The translations under genes and the position numbers were made by a program. Below the pieces are notes generated by a model. It worked only from the letters and a program-made list of their open reading frames with translations, ran no database searches and had not been told where the DNA came from. From Laetmonice hystrix (taxonomy: Eukaryota): 64,000 nt of DNA. The stretch lies in assembly GCA_965235115.1 (NCBI GenBank), contig OZ249437.1, forward strand, positions 31,434,001 through 31,498,000, given 5' to 3'. Each line of letters begins with the position of its first letter. The first letter of the stretch is position 1. Below, piece by piece: positions 26,310 through 39,703 of this stretch.

Positions 26310-28810
26310 CTGAAACACGCAATAAAGAAACAACATTATTCAACAATAAATAAAGCCTTATTAACAGTCACTGGTTTTAATCATGGGGGTCCAGGGAGAC
26401 AAAATACAAAGCTTATGTTCAAATCCTACAAATGACCTAGTTATAACTAAGGACAAATCCAGCAAATACATGGAAATGTGATTTTTTATTATTAGTCTAA
26501 ATGAGCAAGCTCACGAAAATGTCCGTGATAAATATTGCTTGTCGTTTAACTATTGAACAGGAAATAACAACAAATCAGCACTGACATTGCAAGACAAAAT
26601 ACGAAAACAATTGTGGTTTCATGAATGTGTCTCATTTCACTAACCACTTGGGAGCTACGGTCTGTCATTATTACATTATTTGTCTAAAATATGGCCATTC
26701 CTTGCATGGTCCCTCACTGTGCCCTGACCACAGACCTCCAGCCGGCTCAGGTCAATGAACCGCCAGCAGAGTGTATAGGTTGTCCAGCTATACGATATAA
26801 TGTTCGCTTCCGGTAATAAATGAGAAAACAATCCTTTAACTCAACCCTCCATGATGTTGGTACTTGTTTACCGAGGTAATACCATGAGGACATGATTGCC
26901 ATATTAATATGAATCCTGTGAGCAGGTAATTAATTACCCCGAATTATTTCTGTCATGCACAATTAGTTCATTCAGAACCTAAGTAATGTATTATCCCTAA
27001 AAGTATCTGGTAGCGAGAACATCTTGCTGAGAGCACTGCTTTCATTAGAGAGGTCATGAAGACGAGGATAACCAGAAGGAAACGTAAGGCAAGTATTATC
27101 AGATATCTTTTCTAACTCCACATGTGTCTGATAGAGATACCGTGTGATAAATCCCACTTACCCATGTTAACAACCTGAGTGTGTTTACAGATCGTAAAAA
27201 AACCTCTGTCATATATATTTCAGTCTGACTGTGACGATAATGTATGAGGGCCCTGGGTGAGGTTTTACAGCCTTATCATGTGTTGTGTAAGCTAGTGCCG
27301 CGAAGCGCTATATGACGCGAGGCATTGAACCAGTGGATGTGTGGGTAACGATGATGTATGAGGCAGCCGGTAGGGGGCGGGCTCGAGCCTCAGTCATCTT
27401 CATTGAAAAGGAGGCAGGCCTACGTATGAGTTAATCGGGGTGGACGGTAAGGTTTGAGTGTAACAACAGTCCGCTCGCCCGTGAACATCAGAATAAACAA
27501 CATGTTGCTTCTGTTACTCTAGGGCGCAATGTTAAACCTTAACTGTTAAAACGAAACCAGTCACTTCGGCAATCCCAAACAAATCCCCTATCAAAATATG
27601 GCCCATAAACCCCTATCAGCAAGACTTCAAAACCATTTGGTACATATGGAGCAAAATAAGCCGAGTGGTCAAATATAGGGTTACCCGGGTCACTACTGTA
27701 ATGACACCTTTAAAAGGAAAACAATTCGATCTCATAACTTCCGGTCGGAGTTGATGTCAGAGCCAACATAAGCTTGTACTCGGGTCGTGAAACCCAACTT
27801 TGGTTCTATGGAATGCTACAAACATGCCTGACCTCATCATACCCGGCTTGTGCTGCTTTGATGTCGATTTTAATCTCAAATCCTGGGTCGAATGCTGATT
27901 GGCGAATACCTACACCGTAAGAGTAGCTTAATTCACTGCTGTTGCCACCAAGAGTTCTGCTGAGGTGTTAGTGGGGGACTACCTGGCTTCATGGGGAGCC
28001 ATACTGCCCTAGTTTGTCATTTCTGATGCATGATTATCGCCACCAATCTTCATGCTACAGGTAAGTCTGAAAAAATATTGGCCCTGTCACAAATGATGGA
28101 TTACGACGCAATCCTTTCTATATGTAACGGCATTCTACAAATTTGAATTAACTTATTTACAAAATTCTTCGTTATTTCAGTCACACGATATATGGGGGTT
28201 TTGACACAGTCTGCTTGATTTGCCTTCCCTTTCGTTTCAGCCCTGGAATAGTTCACCTTTTGCCACGATCTCGAATATCAAAACCAGACGAAAGAAATAT
28301 GACGAGTACGAAAGGCCCCTCCACACCTGCCATGACAGGGTGAAAAAAATACACTCAGTAGAATATTTCTTGCGAATTGTCAGTGAGATACTGGTGTGCT
28401 GGTGAAGGGGGCGGTGTTGGTTGGGGTGTGTGTGTGTGTAGGGGGGTGAATCTAGGGAATGCTGGGGTCTAGAGCCTGGCGGTCTACCCCCATACAACCA
28501 GACACAGTGAACGTACGCCCGCCCACTGAGATCACGCTGAGCTCATCTTGCCAGCCATGTCTGACTCGCCAGGTATGGAGGTGGTCAATTTGACAACCTT
28601 GGCTCAATCTCATCGACTCCTACTCCAGCCCTGTTCTTCAACCCGACCTTACGGCCCCCACAACCTGGGGTAAGCTATAGACCCTAGGGTGGATCGTGAT
28701 GTTCCGGGGGGGGGGGGGTAGGGGTGAGGACATGGATGCATACAAGATACTCAGAGGTCGTCTTCGTATCATCCCAGCATCCGACTTCAATATCGACATG
28801 TCTTTATTAT

Positions 28811-29097
28811 GTATCCCATGGTAACAGGTATATAAGAGTATAGCCCCGTATCCCATGGTTACAGGTATATTAGTATAGCCCCGTATCCCATGGTTACAGG
28901 TATATAAGAGTATAGCCCCGTATCCCATGGTTACAGGTATATTAGAGTAAAGCCCCGTATCCCATGGTTACAGGTATATTAGTATAGCCCCGTATCCCAT
29001 GGTTACAGGTATATAAGAGTATAGCCCCGTATCCCATGGTTACAGGTATATAAGAATATAGCTCCGTATCCCATGGTTACAGGTATATTACAGTATA
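28811..29097. repeat. Minisatellite, 37/35-bp unit x8
   Basis: GTATCCCATGGTTACAGGTATAT(AAGA/TA)GTATAGCCCC starts at 28811, 28848, 28883, 28920, 28957, 28992, 29029 and 29066. Spacings are 37,35,37,37,35,37,37. Confidence 0.96.
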
Positions 29098-32000
29098 ACT
29101 ATTGTTAATGGCAACACATATTATTATTACTATATTATGACCCATGGAAGAAACAATCAAATTTTAGCAAACCTCACGGGCCTCTAGCCATCAGTTTCGA
29201 CGATTTCAAATGTATTTGCTGCTTTTATGCACCGTTATTCTCCTATAATATCGACTGAAAAGGATGCCCAAACATGACACAATTTTCACGATAAATGTGA
29301 ATTCATAATTCAAATGTTCAATATAGGTGCAAATCTTTAATATAAACCCCACTCCAATACGGCAATGAAATTACCAACTATGTATTTACACTGCCTGCAA
29401 GGCTCCAGCGAACACGCACACAATCAGCCATCATTACGAACCCCCAAAATGACAGAAGTCCCGGTACAAACCTACCGTTTGATGTATAATGTATGGGCTT
29501 CAATTGATGCTGAATGTTTTATTAAGCGACCTCACTGAGCTGACAGCACCATGCTCATCTAAGCTCTGCTCGATGATGTATGGGTCCCGAACAGCTGATC
29601 CAACCAGGCCCTGTTTAACTCCCCACCCACCACCCACCTCACCCACCCTCAGCCACCGACCAAAGAAGGTGCTAACAGTACATAAGATATCCATATATAT
29701 CAGGCCGGCTGCCGGTCTGTTCCACAACTATCCATCTCCATTGGCTTCGAGTGCTTCAACGAGGCAATAAACACTTCATATACGAAAGGCCACGTCAGGG
29801 CCGGGGCGTCGGTATGAGGGGCGATTGATACAGGCGGACGGCGAGAGAAAGGCAATATTGATATGTGCTCGGGAACGACTTCATCGGGTGGTTCTCCCCC
29901 CCCCCCACCACCACCACCACCGCCACCACCTCCACCCGCACCACCTGGAGTTGACTTTTACGGCGTCAGCTGAGGATCCATGCATCGTTGTTAAAGTGGC
30001 AGAAACCCCTGATCTCACAGGTCCTTGGCCCTCTTACCCCTTCTCACCATCACGTCTTCAAATCCAGGCCACTGCTCAAAGGTCTTTCAAGGAATTGCCA
30101 TCCCCGGTTTTTTAGGGGACCGGGGATTAGGGGATGAGAAAAAAATAGTAACCGATAATATTACGTTTCTGACACTTATCTCGTTACCTTAGGGAAAAAC
30201 TGTTCAAAAGTCGGTATTTATCTGTTGTGGTTTTAACCGTTTTTTCCAGACCCTCCCTCGGTAATTTCAACGAGTTAAGCCATGGTGGTCCAAAAACCGA
30301 GAACTGGTTGTAATTTGACTCCCAACATCGCAGAAAACGGGAGGATTTCGGACGGATCAGGCGAGTGGACACCAGGGGGTTGTGACACCAATTCGACACC
30401 TTGTATTGGTCGCACGGATTCCAACTAATCCCCCTGCCCCTAAACACCATTACCTTCTCAGTCATGGGTAGCGGTCAATCGGGGCTGGGTGGACAGAAAT
30501 AACACTTTCAATGTCCCTATTTACAACCAACTCAAAACACTTTATGTGTCTGTGATTGAAATAATATAATGGGGCGAGGAAACAGAATTTACTTGGATAC
30601 AAAATTGACAACGGTCATGAGCTATGCACTATGATTCACATACCTTTACAAACTATAACTACCGTTATTTTGTAATGTCAGCAGGATCTTTGGAGAAGTC
30701 AGTGGGCCAGGACGGTGGGGGGGGGGGGGTGTCTACTTACCGCGACCAATGTCGATATATTCTCGTACGACAGTCTCTAGTATACACACTGATCATACTC
30801 TACTTACTTAGGCTACTACGTACACGTAATGTATGTACGTACGTTACACAATTCAGCCTTTGGAAGACGACAGCTTGGAAACAACACTATTCTCCCCTGA
30901 ATAATACCGACAGAAGGTATATTAAGAAACCTAGCCTAAATCTGTATTCGGCTGGTGTTGCAGGCGTTAAACACCAGAGACCGACTTGCCATGCGTGTTG
31001 GCTCGGCTTGTGTTGATCCAACGTATTCTTACAAAAGACTCGAGGCGAGGCTTCAGCTCAGAAGCTCAAATCAATCACAGTCGAGGCCTGTAATCACCAG
31101 TCAGTGGGGACATCTCAGGCCCGTGTTCTCTTTGACAGACGATCAGTGCAGCTTCCGATTTTGTTGGGGACAGAATCAGCGTGGTTGCTATCGATGGCAC
31201 ACACACAGCACTTGGATGCTGCTCCCGACAACTGGAGATGGCATCGTCGCTGCTTCATCTTTCCATGTCAGTTGGTGGATCGGCGGTCAGCTTGGTCAGC
31301 TAATATGACCCGCTCGGAGGGCACTGGGAGGAGTGGGGGAAGAGGGGGAGCGCCAACCAGCCCGTCCGAGCCAATCTCTTGTCTCCAGAGTATTTGAGCC
31401 CTACCCCTCCCCCCAACTCCGACCCGCTACAACCAAACCCGCTTCACACGCGCACACATACACGCGCCCAATCACGTGGATCACATTCATGCGTGCCTTC
31501 AAAGCCTTCACTGATATACTATCATCTCCTATGTCTAATCGCTTGTGGCAACAGACAATATGGTCGATATCTCCGCCCGAGATTAGATCTAACGGCAAAT
31601 ACCAATACAGATCCCCCCTTTTTTCATTCATTTCAAACACCACTGATACCCTTTATGGTCAAATATAAACACGGCCGGTTGAAACATCCACCAAGGCCCC
31701 TCCTGTCTCCTCGGCTTCAGCTGGCCCCTCGCGGCCATGCTGAGCAGTGTTAAATATTTAATCGACAGCACCAAGGCGGACAATATTGCCCCTTGTAGCC
31801 CCTTCTGCTGGTACCAGGGCATAAGTGCCTCGGCAACAGGATGATATTCATCTTGAAGCTCCTCAGCTAAGCCGCAGACTTCAGTAATAGACTCAAGGAT
31901 AAAGCTATCTATTATCCCGCCGGTCATGATGAAGGATATAATAAAGTAGGAGGGGCAGGAGGGATCCATGAAATATTCATTGACCTGGATGTCCAGGAAC

Positions 32001-35000
32001 CTGGTGGTCAGCTGAGCAGAAATGACCTCTGAACGGTCATGGTGATCCACTCTGGGCCATTCTGACCGCCTCCAACTTGGAAACATGCATGGGGGCATCC
32101 ACCAGACATCCACAAAACATGAAAATTAAGCTGCAATTTTTTATCCCTTTTTTGAAGGGGGGAGGCTGGGGAGGGTATCAAAAGCCGTAACAACCTGCCC
32201 ACCTGATCACAGCTTGGCCAGTAAAACAGGTGTAGGTGGGGGAAACAGACTGCAGTGTGAGAGACCCCCGGTTATAGGCCTACCCCCCTTAACCCGGCCC
32301 CTGCCAGGGGACTGCTGGGATCACAAACTATACGACATTTATCAGGTAACTCGGTGGGAGCAGTGGTGGGTGGTGGGGGTGAGAAATATTGGAGCTCACC
32401 ACCCACAGCACGTGGCTACATTCTGTATCAGACTGCTTGATATGATAGATACCAGCTGTTTACACCTACTATAGGTTGTCGACAGGTCGCCCGTGTTGAG
32501 AAGGGGGCAGGGCCGAGGGGGTTGTGAATGGACATTTATATCAACCCAGCCTCATGTTTTCTCCATTTCCCAATCCTGTACCATCGACCGTAACTTGCTG
32601 GGTGAACGCCCCCGGGTCCCTGATCTTTATCCCAGATCACTGCCTGTTTTCATATCGGAGAAAAATAAACCGCGGATAAGCTGTACGCCCAGGGACGCTG
32701 GGAAGGTGGGGATAGGGGGAGGATGGAGCCGAGGGCGACAGGCCCACACGTGTGTCTGATAGAGCATCAAGAAACACCCATTTAGTTACATCATTGTAAT
32801 CTAAGCAAACGGCCCAGTAAATCCCAACAAGATATGTGGCGAAGAGCAATGATGAAACGCGTGTAAACACGGTCAGGTCATCTGTGGACCTCGGTCCTCC
32901 CGTATCTCAGTGACAAGGGGGAGGCCGGGCTAACTATTGACTTGTCACCATGGCAATGACCTGGATATAAATCATGTCTGCACCTCCGAGGTGACCTGAC
33001 GGACAGCGGCAGAAGTTAGAAGTCAGACAGGTGATCCAGTAGGGTGAGGGGCCCCGCCCCCTGACAGGCTTTAAGTGTATCCCGGAGCAACCGACAGACT
33101 CTATATCACCTATATCACCCCACCCACCCCACCCCCCAGCCGTCAACACCGTCACCCCCGCCACCCCATACGCCATTCTCACTCTCTGAATGATGAGCAT
33201 AGCCGACCATCAGCCCCCCTACTGACCACACAACCGATCGAAACTCGTGTCACTCTATCGCCCAGCTAGAGACCCCGACCTAGATCAATCCCAGAAACCC
33301 TGACAAATCAGAGAAAATCGCCGACCTTGCCCCGTCGGCCGGGCCTACACCGACGGCCCGAACCATCTGGGATCAGGGCCGGACCCGTGGTGGGAGGAGG
33401 CCGGGTGGGGGTGTCAATTCAACAAGGTGAACCCAACCTAAGAGGTTTCCATCCCGCCGGCTGATGGGGCGATAAGACGTGCCCCCGGAGGACTTAACCC
33501 AACACGCATCAATGTATCAGCAACACCATCACTTGTGAAGTCTGATGTTCGCGGGAGAAACACACCACAAGGCTTGCTAACAAGCAAAGCTGGTTTTACC
33601 CTTTTAGACAGTCCGTATTTCTCTTCTAACCAGAGGGTTCACAAAAGCAAAAGAGATCCACACATAGTTAGGTACCAAACCTGTCTTAAATTTGTTTTTT
33701 TGTGTGAAAAGTTATACAAAAACGCTTTGTTAGAATTGCGACAAGGCAGGGAGCTACGGGGGTAATGGTAAGTACCCTCCCACTCGCCCCATAGGATCAC
33801 AGATGTCGTGATTGGCTGGGGGGGGGGCACGGAAACATGAACATCGCCCAGTGAACCTTGGGTTTTATCCACTAAAGTACACCGGAGATGTAACTAATAA
33901 CATTGATGGTAACAGCCTCAGTTCATGTCGCCTGACACTTTCTGTATTGTTATTAGGAGATTAATATATCGGGATTCAAAATCATCTGCTGTCAAAAAAA
34001 TGCTTGAAGCAGGCGCACGCTAACGGTGAGAATGTAAGTGCATCACGCCATCCCTGGGTCCGTGACGTCAAACACACCGGGGGGTAAAGGTCAAGGACGT
34101 CCGTCAAGGTCATTATACATTATAACAAATAAATCACACAGCTCCCGAAAAAAAAATATATATCAACTCAAAATTTGGGCTGGATGTCGGTTTAGGGCCC
34201 ATCACAATGCTTACTGCCACACCTTGTGACTGCCGAAAAAGGCCTACTGTTACATAATCCTAATGTCCGACGAACTGTGCCCATGTATTAACTTAAATGC
34301 AATGTTACACCATTAAATGTGAATTGGGTCAAGGGTTCGGACAGGTTTTACCGACTCATTTTTCACCCCAAGAGAGAAAGTTAACAGCCTGAATACGTGA
34401 AAAATGGAATGAAAAGGGTAATTTTTGGCAATAATCTCCCTTCTTTCTTTGCCTCCAGGGGTTGGGTCGGGAGTGGGGGACGTCACGAGAGTCAAGGCTT
34501 TTCATCTGGCCAATTATCGGCTCAGTTTGTCGACACCTGTGGACGAGGCAGGCCGCCGGGGTGGGTGTGGGTGTGGGTGTGGGAGTGTGGGGGTGGGTGG
34601 GCTCCAAGGAGTACAACTGATGAAACGGTATCAAGATAACATCGATAACGCCTCCATGGGGATGGAGACTCGGCTGCTAACCCCCAACACTTACTTCCTC
34701 CAGTAAGTTTGCTGAATGCGGACTGCCACCTCTGCCCGCTGATCACGCAACTGACAAGTCGGAAAATAAGCGGCCGTGTTGTGATACCTGAACATTCTCA
34801 AGTGTTTTAACAGTTCTCAGCACACTCTCATCCTTGTTCAATGTGTTCCTGAGGTATAAACGGCCATGAAGACTTAACAAATCAGCTCTCCGAAATATTC
34901 TCACTTAACGTGTGCAAAATTAGAATGGACGTCAACAATTCTACATGGCCGAGTATAAAACATTACGGCAGTGAAAGTATAAAATACCCGTACTGGAGGA

Positions 35001-38000
35001 GGACATTGGAATTGACACCTGAATTGACACCTGACACCTGATATCCGCTCTGACCTGGAACAACCGTATCATCCATAATTAATCACCACCTGTGGGAATT
35101 CCAATAATCTGCGATAATCCAAACGGCCAAGGATTAATCGGACTGACCGGTGCCGTGCCGACCCTGGGCAGGACTGCCTATTGAACCCTCTGACCCGACA
35201 ACACTATATGTTCACTCCATGACACCTTGGTTCGACCCCAATAACAATGATGCACGACGCCCACCGTATTGTACCCTATGGACCACTCCCCCTCCTCATT
35301 TCCCGGTCAGTAAGTGTCTGAGAAACCCGTCCCAAACCCTGGTCAGTCCATCCAACCAGCCTTCTCATCATCCTCCTAGATAGCACACCTCCCTCCTTTC
35401 AATGTTTTCCTGACTCGGGTCGACTCTCAGATTGCCCTCCAGCCCGCGCTGACAGCCCCCTCAGGCCCACTTGGAGTCGCACACTCGATTGGGCGGGGTC
35501 GAGCTTGTATTGTTGGGATCTCCGCTCTATGACTTAAAGTTACCTGTGGGGAATGTTACCACTATAGAGAGGACCTCAGGTTCTGCCGTCTACACCTCAA
35601 TCAACTCACAGCTGATCACTGGCTGACCGCCAACAATCTATAAAATCTCCGTCAACTGCTGAAACGACCGCCTCCCATGGCAAGCCAGCTTCAAGGAACC
35701 AACCACGCATATTACCGTCGTAAATGATAAAAACCTTATCTTTAGATCGCCAGAATAATTGTTCTTTTAACCCCTCTTCTTCCTGGATTTCTGGTGGCTC
35801 ACAGCAGCGAGTACCATTCTTTCCATTGTATTTTCTGTGATCTGTCGATGGAGGCTGTTCATGTTTGATTTCTCCATGCAAGCTGCATGTCCACACGTTT
35901 ATCTTGTCCCCACTGTCTGCCCCCTATAATTCTATATGGGTCATTCAATTACTACATGTATGCAACCATGTCACTCACACGTATTGAGACGTGCGACGGA
36001 TTTCGCCGGGCAAGGGAAATAATTATTCTATAGTGGGTTTGAAATTGGAGGTGACGGTTCGCTCTGAATTCCCCAATAATTAAAGTCCTCGGACCGTCTG
36101 TGTCTTGCTATCTCGGATTTGATTTTCATCTCCCTTTTCCAGACATAACCTGCATCAATCACTCGGTGATTTGCCTGTAATCGCCACATGTCAGGCATGT
36201 CATCCTTAAAGGTACACTTTATTTTGTATTAAATATTTTGTCAAGAAAACGAGGTCATCTATCAGTGCACCAGCTGTGCACTGATCACTGCACAGATACC
36301 TGTATCAAATCATTAATCGACCTTACTGCCCTCACAGAGATCACTATCTCTCAGACGCTACATGCTTCCTGAGAATATGTATACCAACACAAGTGCATCT
36401 TCAAAAAAAGATCTTCCGATAAAGAGGTTTTCAAACATGAGCAGCCAGGTATAGCAATGTGAACCGCCGGTATCTTTAAATAACGGGTGAGGATTACGAC
36501 CTAGTTGCATGACTCACTATCCATACGAGTTCGTTATCGTGCTCATCTGGGATGTCGTGCTCATCTGGTGATCCGCCCCCTACTTTATAATACTCGCATA
36601 CACACTGCATGTCATACCAGAGATGGTCGTACTGCTATTATAGAGTGTCAAGATCTCTGCTCAAACTGTCTAACGTTCCTCCCGATCATATGTCCATGTA
36701 TATAGTATTTCAGAATAACGCATGAGTTTATCATAATAGAAACTAGAAGTATACATACATACATATGTATGTCGCTTTAAATTTAAGAGATTTATTCGTA
36801 TTTTATTTGGGTAAATTATTATTCATTACTCCTTCACTGACTGCATACAAAGCCTAAAAAATATCATTCAGTCTTATAATGCGTGATGATCTAGTAATGA
36901 CTTTCTGACGGGCTTATAGTGGAGTTGTAAATAACAGGGACAACTTTGACCTTGAACTTTAGCCTTCAGACCTTCACCTTGCCTATACATACACCTATTT
37001 TATCCAGATAACCAGTCAGCAGCTTGCCCGACCGTTTTTCATGAATTGGTATATGAGAAATATGATATACTGTCTTCGTAAACTGATGTTTGGGTCGAGC
37101 AGTTCCCCACACATGTTACATTGATTAGAAGAACAGAGGCCACCGGAGACAAAAAACCTTCCCTGTTTCTACCTGCCAACATGCTGCAAGCCTTCCGTGT
37201 TCGCCCTATCATCCCAATATCTCAAACCAGAGAACCTGTGTAAGAAATCACACCGAACAATGCTTTGACATGGTTCACGATGTACAGGCATAATACAAAA
37301 CAGGAGTTTTTCCGACTGCCTTTACCGACAGCAATCAGATACCGCCCAGGTATAGAGGGAACTCCACGGATAGACAGTGTGGGTGGGTGGGTGTGGTGGT
37401 GTGTGTGGGTGGGTGGGGGGGGGGGCGCTCAGAGACGCCGTGGGGTGCGGGCTGGCGTCACCCAGACAGTATACTTATGTATACCTGTATCTGACAAACG
37501 TCGATCAGCACAGGATTCTAGTCATTTTCTCACTCCCATTTTGTAAGATTTATGGTCAATTAAATTCTCGTGGTTGTTTTTGCTCAACATAAAGATTTCT
37601 AAAGATCATAACTATTGGTTTGCACCTTTAGAACACCAATAAAATATCTTTGTAAATGATACGCGTCAGAGATGGACAACTGAATGTACAGACCTACATT
37701 CCGCTGTAGTACTTACACTTAACGACCAACTTGACTTCGCCTGACAAGACATAATTTGGACACAAGGACAGGGCCTCGTTGAGACCTAGTCATCAAAATG
37801 AGGACAAGAGTCTCAGGCCCGTAGCCAAGGGTGGATAGGGGACGCCACCCCCTTGGAGAAATTCGGGAGACACCATTTTTCGTTCACCTCGGCACCAAAC
37901 GCTCCCTCTAAGAATAACACGGTCCTCACTAGTGAGCAAGTCTTGCAGAACGTTGGGACTTCCAGAGGACCGCGCCGTCAGCAAGAAGAAAATCTCTTAG

Positions 38001-39546
38001 ACTCTAGGAGGCCATGAGAATTAACATCCTGATTACAAGGCGATAGGTGGTCAGTAAATTTTGGATGGTGATCCAACTGACACAAATCGACCAGACATAT
38101 CTGCAGCCTGCCATCCTGTCGTGTCGCGTCGTGTCGGCTCTGGTCCAGACCTACCGGGGTGCTGGTGCTGGTGTTGACGTAAAAAAACCTTTATCCTGGT
38201 TAGCAGTGTGGCCGCTTCTATTTGAACGGGGTCACAATTATGTGTGTCAAATTCGCCCGTTGCGATCGTTTCTCGCCTAACTTCCTCCTGCCCACCACAA
38301 GCTCCCCGCCACCTGACCTATACGACACGTCCTTTGTGCGCACTGGTAAAGTTGTTTTGGAATGTGCCACAGCATCCGTACCCAGCAACACCTATATCCT
38401 ATAAACGGCGTTCATGTATGTCTGTGTCGTGGCCAGGTGTGTTATAGACCCAACAGGTGAGCCGTGGTGATGAGGTGGCTAGGTAAGCCCACCTGACACA
38501 TGCTGGGGGTGAGGTCCATGTGAGCTGGTACTTACCTTTCTACATGACATATGTGTGCCGGGTGAGCGGGACCCCCGACCGCTGTCACCTGATCATCCCC
38601 TCGCACTTCACGGTTGTGTTTCTTAATGTGCCGAGCACCCCGTTAAAGAGAGGGTGCTGACCCCGTATGTCAACTATCTTGTCACAGACGCCCAGCTACT
38701 ACAGGCCAAACTTTACCCTGCCCCTCCATTTGTACACCCCTCTCATCCTACTTCTCACCTGCCGACGTGCAATATTTTTTCTCTCTTTTTTTAAATTATT
38801 TTCATTATTTGACAACTGTGAAGCGGCAACGAGAACTGATATTGTCAAACTGCATGCACGTCGGGTTTGGGATAATCAACATTTGAATAACTTTTATTGA
38901 TACTCCGAAAACTATTTATCACCATCTTAATATATTAAGTCATGACATAAAGCGCCATGACTCCAGTTTTTTTTAGAGTCTTTAGTCACTAGGAAATGTA
39001 CCTTTAGAGTGTACATACATAGAAAACGAGGAAGGACAGTCTGTTAATGTCAATGGGCACATTGAAGTGTAGACGACCAAGGACAATTACCAGGCTGTTT
39101 CTCTCTAAAACCTGGGATCTTCTGGCGTGCCTTGGATGTGAATTTAAATAGGCTCCTTAACAAATCCCAGGTGGGCCAGGCTTTCACGTTCACACCTGCT
39201 GACGAGACCCATGCAAACTGGTTATTTTTTGCCAAAAATAAATATGGAAATTGAAGAAAGACAGAACCGAAGAACTGCACAAAAACATCTACCTGAAAAA
39301 GTAGTTTTCAAGGGTTCTTGCTAATTCATGCCAGTCAGTTTGGCACATTCTCAAACATGCAAGAAATAGTTGAAAATCACCTTATAAATAATTATGTTGG
39401 TGCTTAACTTTTTAAAAATCCCAGGTTATGTGAGAATTGATGGATTTTTACGGCAGGACGTCCAGAGTCTATGTCAGAATTTTCAACCAGCCAGGGGGTT
39501 TCCCGTAGATTGGGTTAATTGTCGAGTTGGTCACCGGCCGTCCAAA

Positions 39547-39703
39547 GGGGTGGTACGCCAACTCTAGGTCAGAACACAGGTCCATAGGGGTGGTACGCCA
39601 ACTCTAGGTCAGAACACAGGTCCATAGGGGTGGTACGCCAACTCTAGGTCACAACACAGGTCCATAGGGGTGGTACGCCAACTCTAGGTCAGAACACAGG
39701 TCC
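39547..39703. repeat. Minisatellite, 40-bp unit x4
   Basis: GGGGTGGTACGCCAACTCTAGGTCAGAACACAGGTCCATA starts at 39547, 39587, 39627 and 39667. There is one substitution in unit 3 and the last unit is truncated. Confidence 0.96.

Noticed and set aside
29890-29950. Poly-His/Pro peptide suggesting a transcription-factor exon
   Set aside because: It is explained by a C-run plus a (CCA)n microsatellite. I found no homeobox, bHLH or zinc-finger coding sequence anywhere in the window.
30129-30254. Possible hAT-like MITE (AGGG...GAAAAAA termini)
   Set aside because: The inverted repeat is weak and there is no 8-bp TSD.
35625-35655. Minus-strand micro-exon IVGGQPVIS resembling a serine-protease N-terminus
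   Set aside because: It is only 28 nt, and no downstream PWQ, AAHC, DIAL or GDSGG exons were found in a sensible order.
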